Source: Eledone cirrhosa (lineage: Eukaryota). Taken from it: DNA of 64,000 nt. Both the position numbers and the translations under genes were made by a program. Below are positions 15,001 through 30,000 of the stretch, piece by piece; the first letter of the stretch is position 1, and each line of letters opens with the position of its first letter. Below the pieces are notes generated by a model that was given only the letters and a program-made list of their open reading frames with translations, was not told the origin of the DNA and ran no database searches. The stretch spans positions 13,206,001 to 13,270,000 of the forward strand of contig OZ024745.1 in NCBI GenBank assembly GCA_964016885.1, given 5' to 3'.

Positions 15001-18000
15001 GCTGTAGCAGACCTGTAGAATACTGACCAATGAAACCAGGCTGTAGCAGACCTGTAGAATACTGACCAATGAAACCAGGCTGTAGCAGACCTGTAGAATA
15101 CTAACCAATGAAACCAGGCTGTAGCAGACCTGTAGAATACTGACCAATGAAACCAGGCTGTAGAAGACCTGTAGAATACTGACCAATGAAACCAGGCTGT
15201 AGTAGACCTGTAGAATACTGACCAATGAAACCAGGCTGTAGTAGACCTGTAGAATACTGACCAATGAAACTAGGCTGTAGCTGACCTGTAGAATACTGAC
15301 CAATGAAACCAGACTGTAGCAGACCTGTAGAATACTGACCAATGAAACCAGGCTGTAGCAGACCTCTAGAATACTGACCAATGAAACCAGACTGTAGCAA
15401 ACCTGTAGAATACTGACCAATGAAACCAGGCTGTAGCAGACCTGTAGAATACTGACCAATGAAACCAGGCTGTAGAAGACCTGTAGAATACTGACCAATG
15501 AAACCAGGCTGTAGCAGACATGTAGAATACTGACCAATGAAACCAGGCTGTAGCATACCTGTAGAATACTGACCAATGAAACCAGGCTATAGCAGACCTG
15601 TAGAATACTGACCAATGAAACCAGGCTGTAGCAGACCTGTAGAATACTGACCAATGAAACCAGGCTGTAGCGGACCTGTAGAATACTGACCAATGAAACC
15701 AGGCTGTAGCAGACCTGGAGAATACTGACCAATGAAACGAGGCTGTAGCAGACCTCTAGAATACTGACCAATGAAATCAGACTGTAGCAGTCCTGTAGAA
15801 TACTGACCAATGAAACCAGACTGTAGCAGACCTCTAGAATACTGACCAATGAAACCAGGCTGTAGCAGACCTCTAGAATACTGACCAATGAAACCAGGCT
15901 GTAGCAGACCTGTAGAATACTGACCAATGAAACCAGACTGTATCAGACCTCTAGAATACTGACCAATGAAACCAGGCTGTAGCAGACCTCTAGAATACTG
16001 ACCAATGAAACCTGGCTGTAGCAGACCTGTAGAATACTGACCAATGAAACCAGGCTGTAGCAGACCTGTATAATACTGACCAATGAAACCAGGCTGTCGA
16101 AGACCTGTAGAATACTGACCAATGAAACCAGGCTGTAGCAGACATGTAGAATACTGACCAATGAAACCAGGCTGTAGCAGACCTGTAGAATACTGACCAA
16201 TGAAACCAGGCTGTAGCAGACCTGTAGAATACTGACCAATGAAACCAGGCTGTAGCAGACCTCTAGAATACTGACCAATGTAACCAGGCTGTAGCAGACC
16301 TGTAGAATACTGACCAATGAAACCAGGCTGTAGCAGACCTGTAGAATACTGACCAATGAAACCAGGCTGTAGAAGACCTGTAGAATACTGACCAATGAAA
16401 CCAGGCTGTAGCAGCCCTGTAGAATACTGACCAATGAAACCAGACTGTAGCAAACCTGTAGAATACTGACCAATGAAACCAGGCTGTAGCAGACCTGTAG
16501 AATACTGACCAATGAAACCAGGCTGTAGCAGACCTGTAGAATACTGACCAATGAAACCAGGCTGTAGCAGACATGTAGAATACTGACCAATGAAACCAGG
16601 CTGTAGCAGACCTGTAGAATACTGACCAATGAAACCAGGCTGTAGCAGACCTGTAGAATACTGACCAATGAAACCAGGCTGTAGCAGACCTGTAGAATAC
16701 TGACCAATGAAACCAGGCTGTAGCAGACCTGTAGAATACTGACCAATGAAACCAGACTGTAGAAGACCTGTAGAATACTGACCAATGAAACCAAACTGTA
16801 GCAGACCTGTAGAATACTGACAAATGAAACCAGGCTGTAGCAGACCTGTAGAATACTGACCAATGAAACCAGACTGTAGCAGACTTGTAGAATACTGACC
16901 AATGAAACCAGGCTGTAGCAGACCTGTAGAATACTGACCAATGAAACCAGGCTGTAGCAGACCTCTAGAATACTGACCAATGTAACCAGGCTGTAGCAGA
17001 CCTGTAGAATACTGACCAATGAAACCAGACTGTAGCAGACCTGTAGAATACTGAGCAATGAAACCAGGCTGTAGCAGACCTGTAGAATACTGAGCAATGA
17101 AACCAGGCTGTAGCAGACCTGTAGAATACTTACCAATGAAACCAGGCTGTAGCAGACCTGTAGAATACTGACCAATGAAACCAGGCTGTAGCAGACTTGT
17201 AGAATACTGACCAATGAAACCAGGCTGTAGCAGACCTGTAGAATACTGACCAATGAAACCAGGCTGTAGCAGACCTGTAGAATACTGACCAATGAAACCA
17301 GGCTGTAGCAGACCTGTAGATTACTGACCAATGAAACCAGGCTGTAGCAGACCTGTAGAATACTGACAAATGAAACCAGGCTGTAGCAGACCTGTAGAAT
17401 ACTGACCAATGAAACTAGGCTGTAGCAGACCTGTAGAATACTGACCAATGAAACCAGGCTGTAGCAGACCTGTAGAATACTGACCAATGAAACCAGACTG
17501 TAGCAGAGCTGTAGAATACTGACCAATGAAACCAGGCTGTAGCAGACCTGTAGAATACTGACCAATGAAACCAGGCTGTAGCAGACCTGTAGAATACTGA
17601 CCAATGAAACAGGCTGTAGCAGACCTGTAGAATACTGACCAATGAAACCAGGCTGTAGCAGACGTGTAGAATACTGACGAATGAAACCAGGCTGTAGCAG
17701 ACCTGTAGAATACTGACCAATGAAACCAGGCTGTAGCAGACCTGTAGAATACTGACCAATGAAACCAGGCTGTAGCAGACCTGTAGAATACTAAACAATG
17801 AAACCAGGCTGTAGCAGACCTGTAGAATACTGACCAATGAAACCAGGCTGTAGAAGACCTGTAGAATACTGACCAATGAAACCAGGCTGTAGTAGACCTG
17901 TAGAATACTGACCAATGAAACCAGGCTGTTGTAGACCTGTAGAATACTGACCAATGAAACCAGGCTGTAGCTGACCTGTAGAATACTGACCAATGAAACC

Positions 18001-21000
18001 AGACTGTAGCAGACCTGTAGAATACTGACCAATGAAACCAGGCTGTAGCAGACCTCTAGAATACTGACCAATGAAACCAGACTGTAGCAAACCTGTAGAA
18101 TACTGACCAATGAAACCAGGCTGTAGCAGACCTGTAGAATACTGACCAATGAAACCAGACTGTAGCAGACCTGTAGAATACTGACCAATGAAACCAGGCT
18201 GTAGCAGACCTGTAGAATACTGACCAATGAAACCAGGCTGTAGCAGACCTGGAGAATACTGACCAATGAAACGAGGCTGTAGCAGACCTCTAGAATACTG
18301 ACCAATGAAATCAGACTGTAGCAGTCCTGTAGAATACTGACCAATGAAACCAGACTGTAGCAGACCTCTAGAATACTGACCAATGAAACCAGGCTGTAGC
18401 AGACCTCTAGAATACTGACCAATGAAACCAGGCTGTAGCAGACCTGTAGAATACTGACCAATGAAACCAGACTGTATCAGACCTCTAGAATACTGACCAA
18501 TGAAACCAGGCTGTAGCAGACCTCTAGAATACTGACCAATGAAACCTGGCTGTAGCAGACCTGTAGAATACTGACCAATGAAACCAGGCTGTAGCAGACC
18601 TGTAGAATACTGACCAATGAAACCAGGCTGTAGCAGACCTGTAGAATACTGACCAGTGAAACCAGACTGCAGCAGACATGTAGAATACTGACCAATGAAA
18701 CCAGGCTGTAGCAGACCTGTAGAATACTGACCAATGAAACCAGGCTGTAGCAGACCTGTAGAATACTGACCAATGAAACCAGGCTGTAGCAGACCTGTAG
18801 AATACTGACCAATGAAACCAGACTGTAGCAGACCTGTAGATTACTGACGAATGAAACCAGGCTGTAGCAGACCTGTAGAATACTGACAAATGAAACCAGG
18901 CTGTAGCAGACCTGTAGAATACTGACCAATGAAACTAGGCTGTAGCAGACCTGTAGAATACTGACCAATGAAACCAGGCTGTAGCAGACCTGTAGAATAC
19001 TGACCAATGAAACCAGACTGTAGCAGAGCTGTAGAATACTGACCAATGAAACCAGGCTGTAGCGTACCTGTAGAATACTGACCAATGAAACCAGGCTGTA
19101 GCAGACTTGTAGAATACTGACCAATGAAACCAGGCTGTAGCAGACCTGTAGAATACTGACCAATGAAACCAGGCTGTAGAAGACCTGTAGAATACTGACC
19201 AATGAAACCAGGCTGTAGCAGACCTGTAGAATACTGACCAATGAAACCAGGCTGTAGCGGACCTGTAGAATACTGACCAATGAAACCAGGCTGTAGCAGA
19301 CCTGGAGAATACTGACCAATGAAACGAGGCTGTAGCAGACCTCTAGAATACTGACCAATGAAATCAGACTGAAGCAGTCCTGTAGAATACTGACCAATGA
19401 AACCAGACTGTAGCAGACCTCTAGAATACTGACCAATGAAACCAGGCTGTAGCAGACCTCTAGAATACTGACCAATGAAACCAGGCTGTAGCAGACTTGT
19501 AGAATACTGACCAATGAAACCAGGCTGTAGCAGACCTGTAGAATACTGACCAATGAAACCAGGCTGTAGCAGACCTGTAGAATACTGACCAATGAAACCA
19601 GACTGTAGCAGACCTGTAGATTACTGACCAATGAAACCAGGCTGTAGCAGACCTTTAGAATACTGACAAATGAAACCAGGCTGTAGCAGACCTGTAGAAT
19701 ACTGACCAATGAAACTAGGCTGTAGCAGACCTGTAGAATACTGACCAATGAAACAGGCTGTAGCAGACCTGTAGAATACTGACCAATGAAACCAGGCTGT
19801 AGCAGACGTGTAGAATACTGACGAATGAAACCAGGCTGTAGCAGACCTGTAGAATACTGACCAATGAAACCAGGCTGTAGCAGACCTGTAGAATACTGAC
19901 CAATGAAACCAGGCTGTGGCAGACCTGTAGAATACTAACCAATGAAACCAGGCTGTAGCAGACCTGTAGAATACTGACCAATGAAACCAGGCTGTAGAAG
20001 ACCTGTAGAATACTGACCAATGAAACCAGGCTGTAGTAGACCTGTAGAATACTGACCAATGAAACCAGGCTGTAGTAGACCTGTAGAATACTGACCAATG
20101 AAACCAGGCTGTAGCTGACCTGTAGAATACTGACCAATGAAACCAGACTGTAGCAGACCTGTAGATTACTGACCAATGAAACCAGGCTGTAGCAGACCTC
20201 TAGAATACTGACCAATGAAACCAGACTGTAGCAAACCTGTAGAATACTGACCAATGAAACCAGGCTGTAGCAGACCTGTAGAATACTGACCAATGAAACC
20301 AGGCTGTAGAAGACCTGTAGAATACTGACCAATGAAACCAGGCTGTAGCAGACATGTAGAATACTGACCAATGAAACCAGGCTGTAGCATACCTGTAGAA
20401 TACTGACCAATGAAACCAGGCTATAGCAGACCTGTAGAATACTGACCAATGAAACCAGGCTGTAGCAGACCTGTAGAATACTGACCAATGAAACCAGGCT
20501 GTAGCGGACCTGTAGAATACTGACCAATGAAACCAGGCTGTAGCAGACCTGGAGAATACTGACCAATGAAACGAGGCTGTAGCAGACCTCTAGAATACTG
20601 ACCAATGAAATCAGACTGTAGCAGTCCTGTAGAATACTGACCAATGAAACCAGACTGTAGCAGACATCTAGAATACTGACCAATGAAACCAGGCTGTAGC
20701 AGACCTCTAGAATACTGACCAATGAAACCAGGCTGTAGCAGACCTGTAGAATACTGACCAATGAAACCAGACTGTATCAGACCTCTAGAATACTGACCAA
20801 TGAAACCAGGCTGTAGCAGACCTCTAGAATACTGACCAATGAAACCTGGCTGTAGCAGACCTGTAGAATACTGACCAATGAAACCAGGCTGTAGCAGACC
20901 TGTAGAATACTGACCAATGAAACCAGGCTGTCGAAGACCTGTAGAATACTGACCAATGAAACCAGGCTGTAGCAGACATGTAGAATACTGACCAATGAAA

Positions 21001-24000
21001 CCAGGCTGTAGCAGACCTGTAGAATACTGACCAATGAAACCAGGCTGTAGCAGACCTGTAGAATACTGACCAATGAAACCAGGCTGTAGCAGACCTCTAG
21101 AATACTGACCAATGTAACCAGGCTGTAGCAGACCTGTAGAATACTGACCAATGAAACCAGGCTGTAGCAGACCTGTAGAATACTGACCAATGAAACCAGG
21201 CTGTAGAAGACCTGTAGAATACTGACCAATGAAACCAGGCTGTAGCAGCCCTGTAAATACTGACCAATGAAACCAGACTGTAGCAAACCTGTAGAATACT
21301 GACCAATGAAACCAGGCTGTAGCAGACCTGCAGAATACTGACCAATGAAACCAGGCTGTAGCAGACCTGTAGAATACTGACCAATGAAACCAGGCTGTAG
21401 CAGACATGTAGAATACTGACCAATGAAACCAGGCTGTAGCAGACCTGTAGAATACTGACCAATGAAACCAGGCTGTAGCAGACCTGTAGAATACTGACCA
21501 ATGAAACCAGGCTGTAGCAGACCTGTAGAATACTGACCAATGAAACCAGGCTGTAGCAGACCTGTAGAATACTGACCAATGAAACCAGACTGTAGCAGAC
21601 TTGTAGAATACTGACCAATGAAACCAGGCTGTAGCAGACCTGTAGAATACTGACCAATGAAACCAGACTGTAGCAGAGCTCTAGAATACTGACCAATGTA
21701 ACCAGGCTGTAGCAGACCTGTAGAATACTGACCAATGAAACCAGACTGTAGCAGACCTGTAGAATACTGACCAATGAAACCAGGCTGTAGCAGACCTGTA
21801 GAATACTGACCAATGAAACCAGGCTGTAGCAGACCTGTAGAATACTTACCAATGAAACCAGGCTGTAGCAGACCTGTAGAATACTGACCAATGAAACCAG
21901 GCTGTAGCAGACTTGTAGAATACTGACCAATGAAACCAGGCTGTAGCAGACCTGTAGAATACTGACCAATGAAACCAGGCTGTAGCAGACCTGTAGAATA
22001 CTGACCAATGAAACCAGGCTGTAGCAGACCTGTAGATTACTGACCAATGAAACCAGGCTGTAGCAGACCTGTAGAATACTGACAAATGAAACCAGGTTGT
22101 AGCAGACCTGTAGAATACTGACCAATGAAACTAGGCTGTAGCAGACCTGTAGAATACTGACCAATGAAACCAGGCTGTAGCAGACCTGTAGAATACTGAC
22201 CAATGAAACCAGACTGTAGCAGAGCTGTAGAATACTGACCAATGAAACCAGGCTGTAGCAGACCTGTAGAATACTGACCAATGAAACCAGGCTGTAGCAG
22301 ACCTGTAGAATACTGACCAATGAAACAGGCTGTAGCAGACCTGTAGAATACTGACCAATGACCTAGGCTGTAGCAGACGTGTAGAATACTGACGAATGAA
22401 ACCAGGCTGTAGCAGACCTGTAGAATACTGACCAATGAAACCAGGCTGTAGCAGACCTGTAGAATACTGACCAATGAAACCAGGCTGTAGCAGACCTGTA
22501 GAATACTAACCAATGAAACCAGGCTGTAGCAGACCTGTAGAATACTGACCAATGAAACCAGGCTGTAGAAGACCTGTAGAATACTGACCAATGAAACCAG
22601 GCTGTAGTAGACCTGTAGAATACTGACCAATGAAACCAGGCTGTAGTAGACCTGTAGAATACTGACCAATGAAACCAGGCTGTAGCTGACCTGTAGAATA
22701 CTGACCAATGAAACCAGACTGTAGCAGACCTGTAGAATACTGACCAATGAAACCAGGCTGTAGCAGACCTCTAGAATACTGACCAATGAAACCAGACTGT
22801 AGCAAACCTGTAGAATACTGACCAATGAAACCAGGCTGTAGCAGACCTGTAGAATACTGACAAATGAAACCAGGCTGTAGAAGACCTGTAGAATACTGAC
22901 CAATGAAACCAGGCTGTAGCAGACATGTAGAATACTGACCAATGAAACCAGGCTGTAGCATACCTGTAGAATACTGACCAATGAAACCAGGCTATAGCAG
23001 ACCTGTAGAATACTGACCAATGAAACCAGGCTGTAGCAGACCTGTAGAATACTGACCAATGAAACCAGGCTGTAGCAGACCTGTAGAATACTGACCAATG
23101 AAACCAGACTGTAGCAGACCTGTAGATTACTGACGAATGAAACCAGGCTGTAGCAGACCTGTAGAATACTGACAAATGAAACCAGGCTGTAGCAGACCTG
23201 TAGAATACTGACCAATGAAACTAGGCTGTAGCAGACCTGTAGAATACTGACCAATGAAACCAGGCTGTAGCAGACCTGTAGAATACTGACCAATGAAACC
23301 AGACTGTAGCAGAGCTGTAGAATACTGACCAATGAAACCAGGCTGTAGCGTACCTGTAGAATACTGACCAATGAAACCAGGCTGTAGCAGACTTGTAGAA
23401 TACTGACCAATGAAACCAGGCTGTAGCAGACCTGTAGAATACTGACCAATGAAACCAGGCTGTAGAAGACCTGTAGAATACTGACCAATGAAACCAGGCT
23501 GTAGCAGACCTGTAGAATACTGACCAATGAAACCAGGCTGTAGCGGACCTGTAGAATACTGACCAATGAAACCAGGCTGTAGCAGACCTGGAGAATACTG
23601 ACCAATGAAACGAGGCTGTAGCAGACCTCTAGAATACTGACCAATGAAATCAGACTGAAGCAGTCCTGTAGAATACTGACCAATGAAACCAGACTGTAGC
23701 AGACCTCTAGAATACTGACCAATGAAACCAGGCTGTAGCAGACCTCTAGAATACTGACCAATGAAACCAGGCTGTAGCAGACTTGTAGAATACTGACCAA
23801 TGAAACCAGGCTGTAGCAGACCTGTAGAATACTGACCAATGAAACCAGGCTGTAGCAGACCTGTAGAATACTGACCAATGAAACCAGACTGTAGCAGACC
23901 TGTAGATTACTGACCAATGAAACCAGGCTGTAGCAGACCTTTAGAATACTGACAAATGAAACCAGGCTGTAGCAGACCTGTAGAATACTGACCAATGAAA

Positions 24001-27000
24001 CTAGGCTGTAGCAGACCTGTAGAATACTGACCAATGAAACAGGCTGTAGCAGACCTGTAGAATACTGACCAATGAAACCAGGCTGTAGCAGACGTGTAGA
24101 ATACTGACGAATGAAACCAGGCTGTAGCAGACCTGTAGAATACTGACCAATGAAACCAGGCTGTAGCAGACCTGTAGAATACTGACCAATGAAACCAGGC
24201 TGTGGCAGACCTGTAGAATACTAACCAATGAAACCAGGCTGTAGCAGACCTGTAGAATACTGACCAATGAAACCAGGCTGTAGAAGACCTGTAGAATACT
24301 GACCAATGAAACCAGGCTGTAGTAGACCTGTAGAATACTGACCAATGAAACCAGGCTGTAGTAGACCTGTAGAATACTGACCAATGAAACCAGGCTGTAG
24401 CTGACCTGTAGAATACTGACCAATGAAACCAGACTGTAGCAGACCTGTAGATTACTGACCAATGAAACCAGGCTGTAGCAGACCTCTAGAATACTGACCA
24501 ATGAAACCAGACTGTAGCAAACCTGTAGAATACTGACCAATGAAACCAGGCTGTAGCAGACCTGTAGAATACTGACCAATGAAACCAGGCTGTAGAAGAC
24601 CTGTAGAATACTGACCAATGAAACCAGGCTGTAGCAGACATGTAGAATACTGACCAATGAAACCAGGCTGTAGCATACCTGTAGAATACTGACCAATGAA
24701 ACCAGGCTATAGCAGACCTGTAGAATACTGACCAATGAAACCAGGCTGTAGCAGACCTGTAGAATACTGACCAATGAAACCAGGCTGTAGCGGACCTGTA
24801 GAATACTGACCAATGAAACCAGGCTGTAGCAGACCTGGAGAATACTGACCAATGAAACGAGGCTGTAGCAGACCTCTAGAATACTGACCAATGAAATCAG
24901 ACTGTAGCAGTCCTGTAGAATACTGACCAATGAAACCAGACTGTAGCAGACATCTAGAATACTGACCAATGAAACCAGGCTGTAGCAGACCTCTAGAATA
25001 CTGACCAATGAAACCAGGCTGTAGCAGACCTGTAGAATACTGACCAATGAAACCAGACTGTATCAGACCTCTAGAATACTGACCAATGAAACCAGGCTGT
25101 AGCAGACCTCTAGAATACTGACCAATGAAACCTGGCTGTAGCAGACCTGTAGAATACTGACCAATGAAACCAGGCTGTAGCAGACCTGTAGAATACTGAC
25201 CAATGAAACCAGGCTGTCGAAGACCTGTAGAATACTGACCAATGAAACCAGGCTGTAGCAGACATGTAGAATACTGACCAATGAAACCAGGCTGTAGCAG
25301 ACCTGTAGAATACTGACCAATGAAACCAGGCTGTAGCAGACCTGTAGAATACTGACCAATGAAACCAGGCTGTAGCAGACCTCTAGAATACTGACCAATG
25401 TAACCAGGCTGTAGCAGACCTGTAGAATACTGACCAATGAAACCAGGCTGTAGCAGACCTGTAGAATACTGACCAATGAAACCAGGCTGTAGAAGACCTG
25501 TAGAATACTGACCAATGAAACCAGGCTGTAGCAGCCCTGTAAATACTGACCAATGAAACCAGACTGTAGCAAACCTGTAGAATACTGACCAATGAAACCA
25601 GGCTGTAGCAGACCTGTAGAATACTGACCAATGAAACCAGGCTGTAGCAGACCTGTAGAATACTGACCAATGAAACCAGGCTGTAGCAGACATGTAGAAT
25701 ACTGACCAATGAAACCAGGCTGTAGCAGACCTGTAGAATACTGACCAATGAAACCAGGCTGTAGCAGACCTGTAGAATACTGACCAATGAAACCAGGCTG
25801 TAGCAGACCTGTAGAATACTGACCAATGAAACCAGGCTGTAGCAGACCTGTAGAATACTGACCAATGAAACCAGACTGTAGCAGACTTGTAGAATACTGA
25901 CCAATGAAACCAGGCTGTAGCAGACCTGTAGAATACTGACCAATGAAACCAGACTGTAGCAGAGCTCTAGAATACTGACCAATGTAACCAGGCTGTAGCA
26001 GACCTGTAGAATACTGACCAATGAAACCAGACTGTAGCAGACCTGTAGAATACTGACCAATGAAACCAGGCTGTAGCAGACCTGTAGAATACTGACCAAT
26101 GAAACCAGGCTGTAGCAGACCTGTAGAATACTTACCAATGAAACCAGGCTGTAGCAGACCTGTAGAATACTGACCAATGAAACCAGGCTGTAGCAGACTT
26201 GTAGAATACTGACCAATGAAACCAGGCTGTAGCAGACCTGTAGAATACTGACCAATGAAACCAGGCTGTAGCAGACCTGTAGAATACTGACCAATGAAAC
26301 CAGGCTGTAGCAGACCTGTAGATTACTGACCAATGAAACCAGGCTGTAGCAGACCTGTAGAATACTGACAAATGAAACCAGGCTGTAGCAGACCTGTAGA
26401 ATACTGACCAATGAAACTAGGCTGTAGCAGACCTGTAGAATACTGACCAATGAAACCAGGCTGTAGCAGACCTGTAGAATACTGACCAATGAAACCAGAC
26501 TGTAGCAGAGCTGTAGAATACTGACCAATGAAACCAGGCTGTAGCAGACCTGTAGAATACTGACCAATGAAACCAGGCTGTAGCAGACCTGTAGAATACT
26601 GACCAATGAAACAGGCTGTAGCAGACCTGTAGAATACTGACCAATGACCTAGGCTGTAGCAGACGTGTAGAATACTGACGAATGAAACCAGGCTGTAGCA
26701 GACCTGTAGAATACTGACCAATGAAACCAGGCTGTAGCAGACCTGTAGAATACTGACCAATGAAACCAGGCTGTAGCAGACCTGTAGAATACTAACCAAT
26801 GAAACCAGGCTGTAGCAGACCTGTAGAATACTGACCAATGAAACCAGGCTGTAGAAGACCTGTAGAATACTGACCAATGAAACCAGGCTGTAGTAGACCT
26901 GTAGAATACTGACCAATGAAACCAGGCTGTAGTAGACCTGTAGAATACTGACCAATGAAACCAGGCTGTAGCTGACCTGTAGAATACTGACCAATGAAAC

Positions 27001-30000
27001 CAGACTGTAGCAGACCTGTAGAATACTGACCAATGAAACCAGGCTGTAGCAGACCTCTAGAATACTGACCAATGAAACCAGACTGTAGCAAACCTGTAGA
27101 ATACTGACCAATGAAACCAGGCTGTAGCAGACCTGTAGAATACTGACAAATGAAACCAGGCTGTAGAAGACCTGTAGAATACTGACCAATGAAACCAGGC
27201 TGTAGCAGACATGTAGAATACTGACCAATGAAACCAGGCTGTAGCATACCTGTAGAATACTGACCAATGAAACCAGGCTATAGCAGACCTGTAGAATACT
27301 GACCAATGAAACCAGGCTGTAGCAGACCTGTAGAATGCTGACCAATGAAACCAGGCTGTAGCGGACCTGTAGAATACTGACCAATGAAACCAGGCTGTAG
27401 CAGACCTGGAGAATACTGACCAATGAAACGAGGCTGTAGCAGACCTCTAGAATACTGACCAATGAAATCAGACTGTAGCAGTCCTGTAGAATACTGACCA
27501 ATGAAACCAGACTGTAGCAGACCTCTAGAATACTGACCAATGAAACCAGGCTGTAGCAGACCTCTAGAATACTGACCAATGAAACCAGGCTGTAGCAGAC
27601 CTGTAGAATACTGACCAATGAAACCAGACTGTATCAGACCTCTAGAATACTGACCAATGAAACCAGGCTGTAGCAGACCTCTAGAATACTGACCAATGAA
27701 ACCTGGCTGTAGCAGACCTGTAGAATACTGACCAATGAAACCAGGCTGTAGCAGACCTGTAGAATACTGACCAATGAAACCAGGCTGTAGCAGACCTGTA
27801 GAATACTGACCAGTGAAACCAGACTGCAGCAGACATGTAGAATACTGACCAATGAAACCAGGCTGTAGCAGACCTGTAGAATACTGACCAATGAAACCAG
27901 GCTGTAGCAGACCTGTAGAATACTGACCAATGAAACCAGGCTGTAGCAGACCTGTAGAATACTGACCAATGAAACCAGACTGTAGCAGACCTGTAGATTA
28001 CTGACCAATGAAACCAGGCTGTAGCAGACCTGTAGAATACTGACAAATGAAACCAGGCTGTAGCAGACCTGTAGAATACTGACCAATGAAACTAGGCTGT
28101 AGCAGACCTGTCGAATACTGACCAATGAAACCAGGCTGTAGCAGACCTGTAGAATACTGACCAATGAAACCAGACTGTAGCAGAGCTGTAGAATACTGAC
28201 CAATGAAACCAGGCTGTAGCGTACCTGTAGAATACTGACCAATGAAACCAGGCTGTAGCAGACCTGTAGAATACTGACCAATGAAACCAGGCTGTAGCAG
28301 ACCTGTAGAATACTGACCAATGAAACCAGGCTGTAGCAGACATGTAGAATACTGACCAATGAAACAAGGCTGTAGCAGACCTGTAGAATACTGACCAATG
28401 AAACCAGGCTGTAGCAGACCTGTAGAATACTGACCAATGAAACCAGGCTGTAGCAGACCTGTAGAATACTGACCAATGAGATCAGTCTGTACCAGAGCTG
28501 TAGAATACTGACCAATGAAACCAGGCTCTAGCAGACCTGTAGAATACTGACCAATGAAACCAGGCTGTAGCAGACCTGTAGAATACTGACCAATGAAACC
28601 AGGCCGTAGCAAACTTGTAGAATACTGGCCAATGAAACCAGGCTGTAGCAGACCTGTAGAATACTGACCAATGAAACCAGGCTGTAGCAAACTTGTAGAA
28701 TACTGACCAATGAAACCAGACTGTAGCAGACATGTAGAATACTGACCAATGAAACCAGGCTGTAGCAGACCTGTAGAATACTGACCAATGAAACCAGGCT
28801 GTAGCAGACCTGTAGAATACTGACCAATGAAACCAGGCTGTAGCAGACCTGTAGAATACTGACCAATGAAACAGGCTGTAGCAGACCTGTAGAATACTGA
28901 CCAATGAAACCAGGCTGTAGCAGACCTGTAGAATACTGACCAATGAAACCAGGCTGTAGAAGACCTGTAGAATACTGACCAATGAAACCAGGCTGTAGCA
29001 GACCTGTAGAATACTGACCAATGAAACCAGGCTGTAGCAGACCTGTAGAATACTGACCAATGAAACCAGATTGTAACAGACCTGTAGAATACTGACCAAT
29101 GAAACCAGGCTGTAGCAGACCTGTAGAATACTGACCAATGAAACCAGGCTGTAGCAGACGTGTAGAATACTGACGAATGAAACCAGGCTGTAGCAGACCT
29201 GTAGAATACTGACCAATGAAACCAGGCTGTAGCAGACCTGTAGAATACTAACCAATGAAACCAGGCTGTAGCAGACCTGTAGAATACTGACCAATGAAAC
29301 CAGGCTGTAGCTGACCTGTAGAATACTGACCAATGAAACCAGACTGTAGCAGACCTGTAGAATACTGACCAATGAAACCAGGCTGTAGCAGACCTCTAGA
29401 ATACTGACCAATGAAACCAGACTGTAGCAAACCTGTAGAATACTGACCAATGAAACCAGGCTGTAGCAGACCTGTAGAATACTGACCAATGAAACCAGGC
29501 TGTAGAAGACCTGTAGAATACTGACCAATGAAACCAGGCTGTAGCAGACATGTAGAATACTGACCAATGAAACCAGGCTGTAGCATACCTGTAGAATACT
29601 GACCAATGAAACCAGGCTATAGCAGACCTGTAGAATACTGACCAATGAAACCAGGCTGTAGCAGACCTGTAGAATACTGACCAATGAAACCAGGCTGTAG
29701 CGGACCTGTAGAATACTGACCAATGAAACCAGGCTGTAGCAGACCTGGAGAATACTGACCAATGAAACGAGGCTGTAGCAGACCTCTAGAATACTGACCA
29801 ATGAAATCAGACTGTAGCAGTCCTGTAGAATACTGACCAATGAAACCAGACTGTAGCAGACGTCTAGAATACTGCCCAATGAAACCAGGCTGTAGCAGAC
29901 CTCTAGAATACTGACCAATGAAACCAGGCTGTAGCAGACCTGTAGAATACTGACCAATGAAACCAGACTGTATCAGACCTCTAGAATACTGACCAATGAA

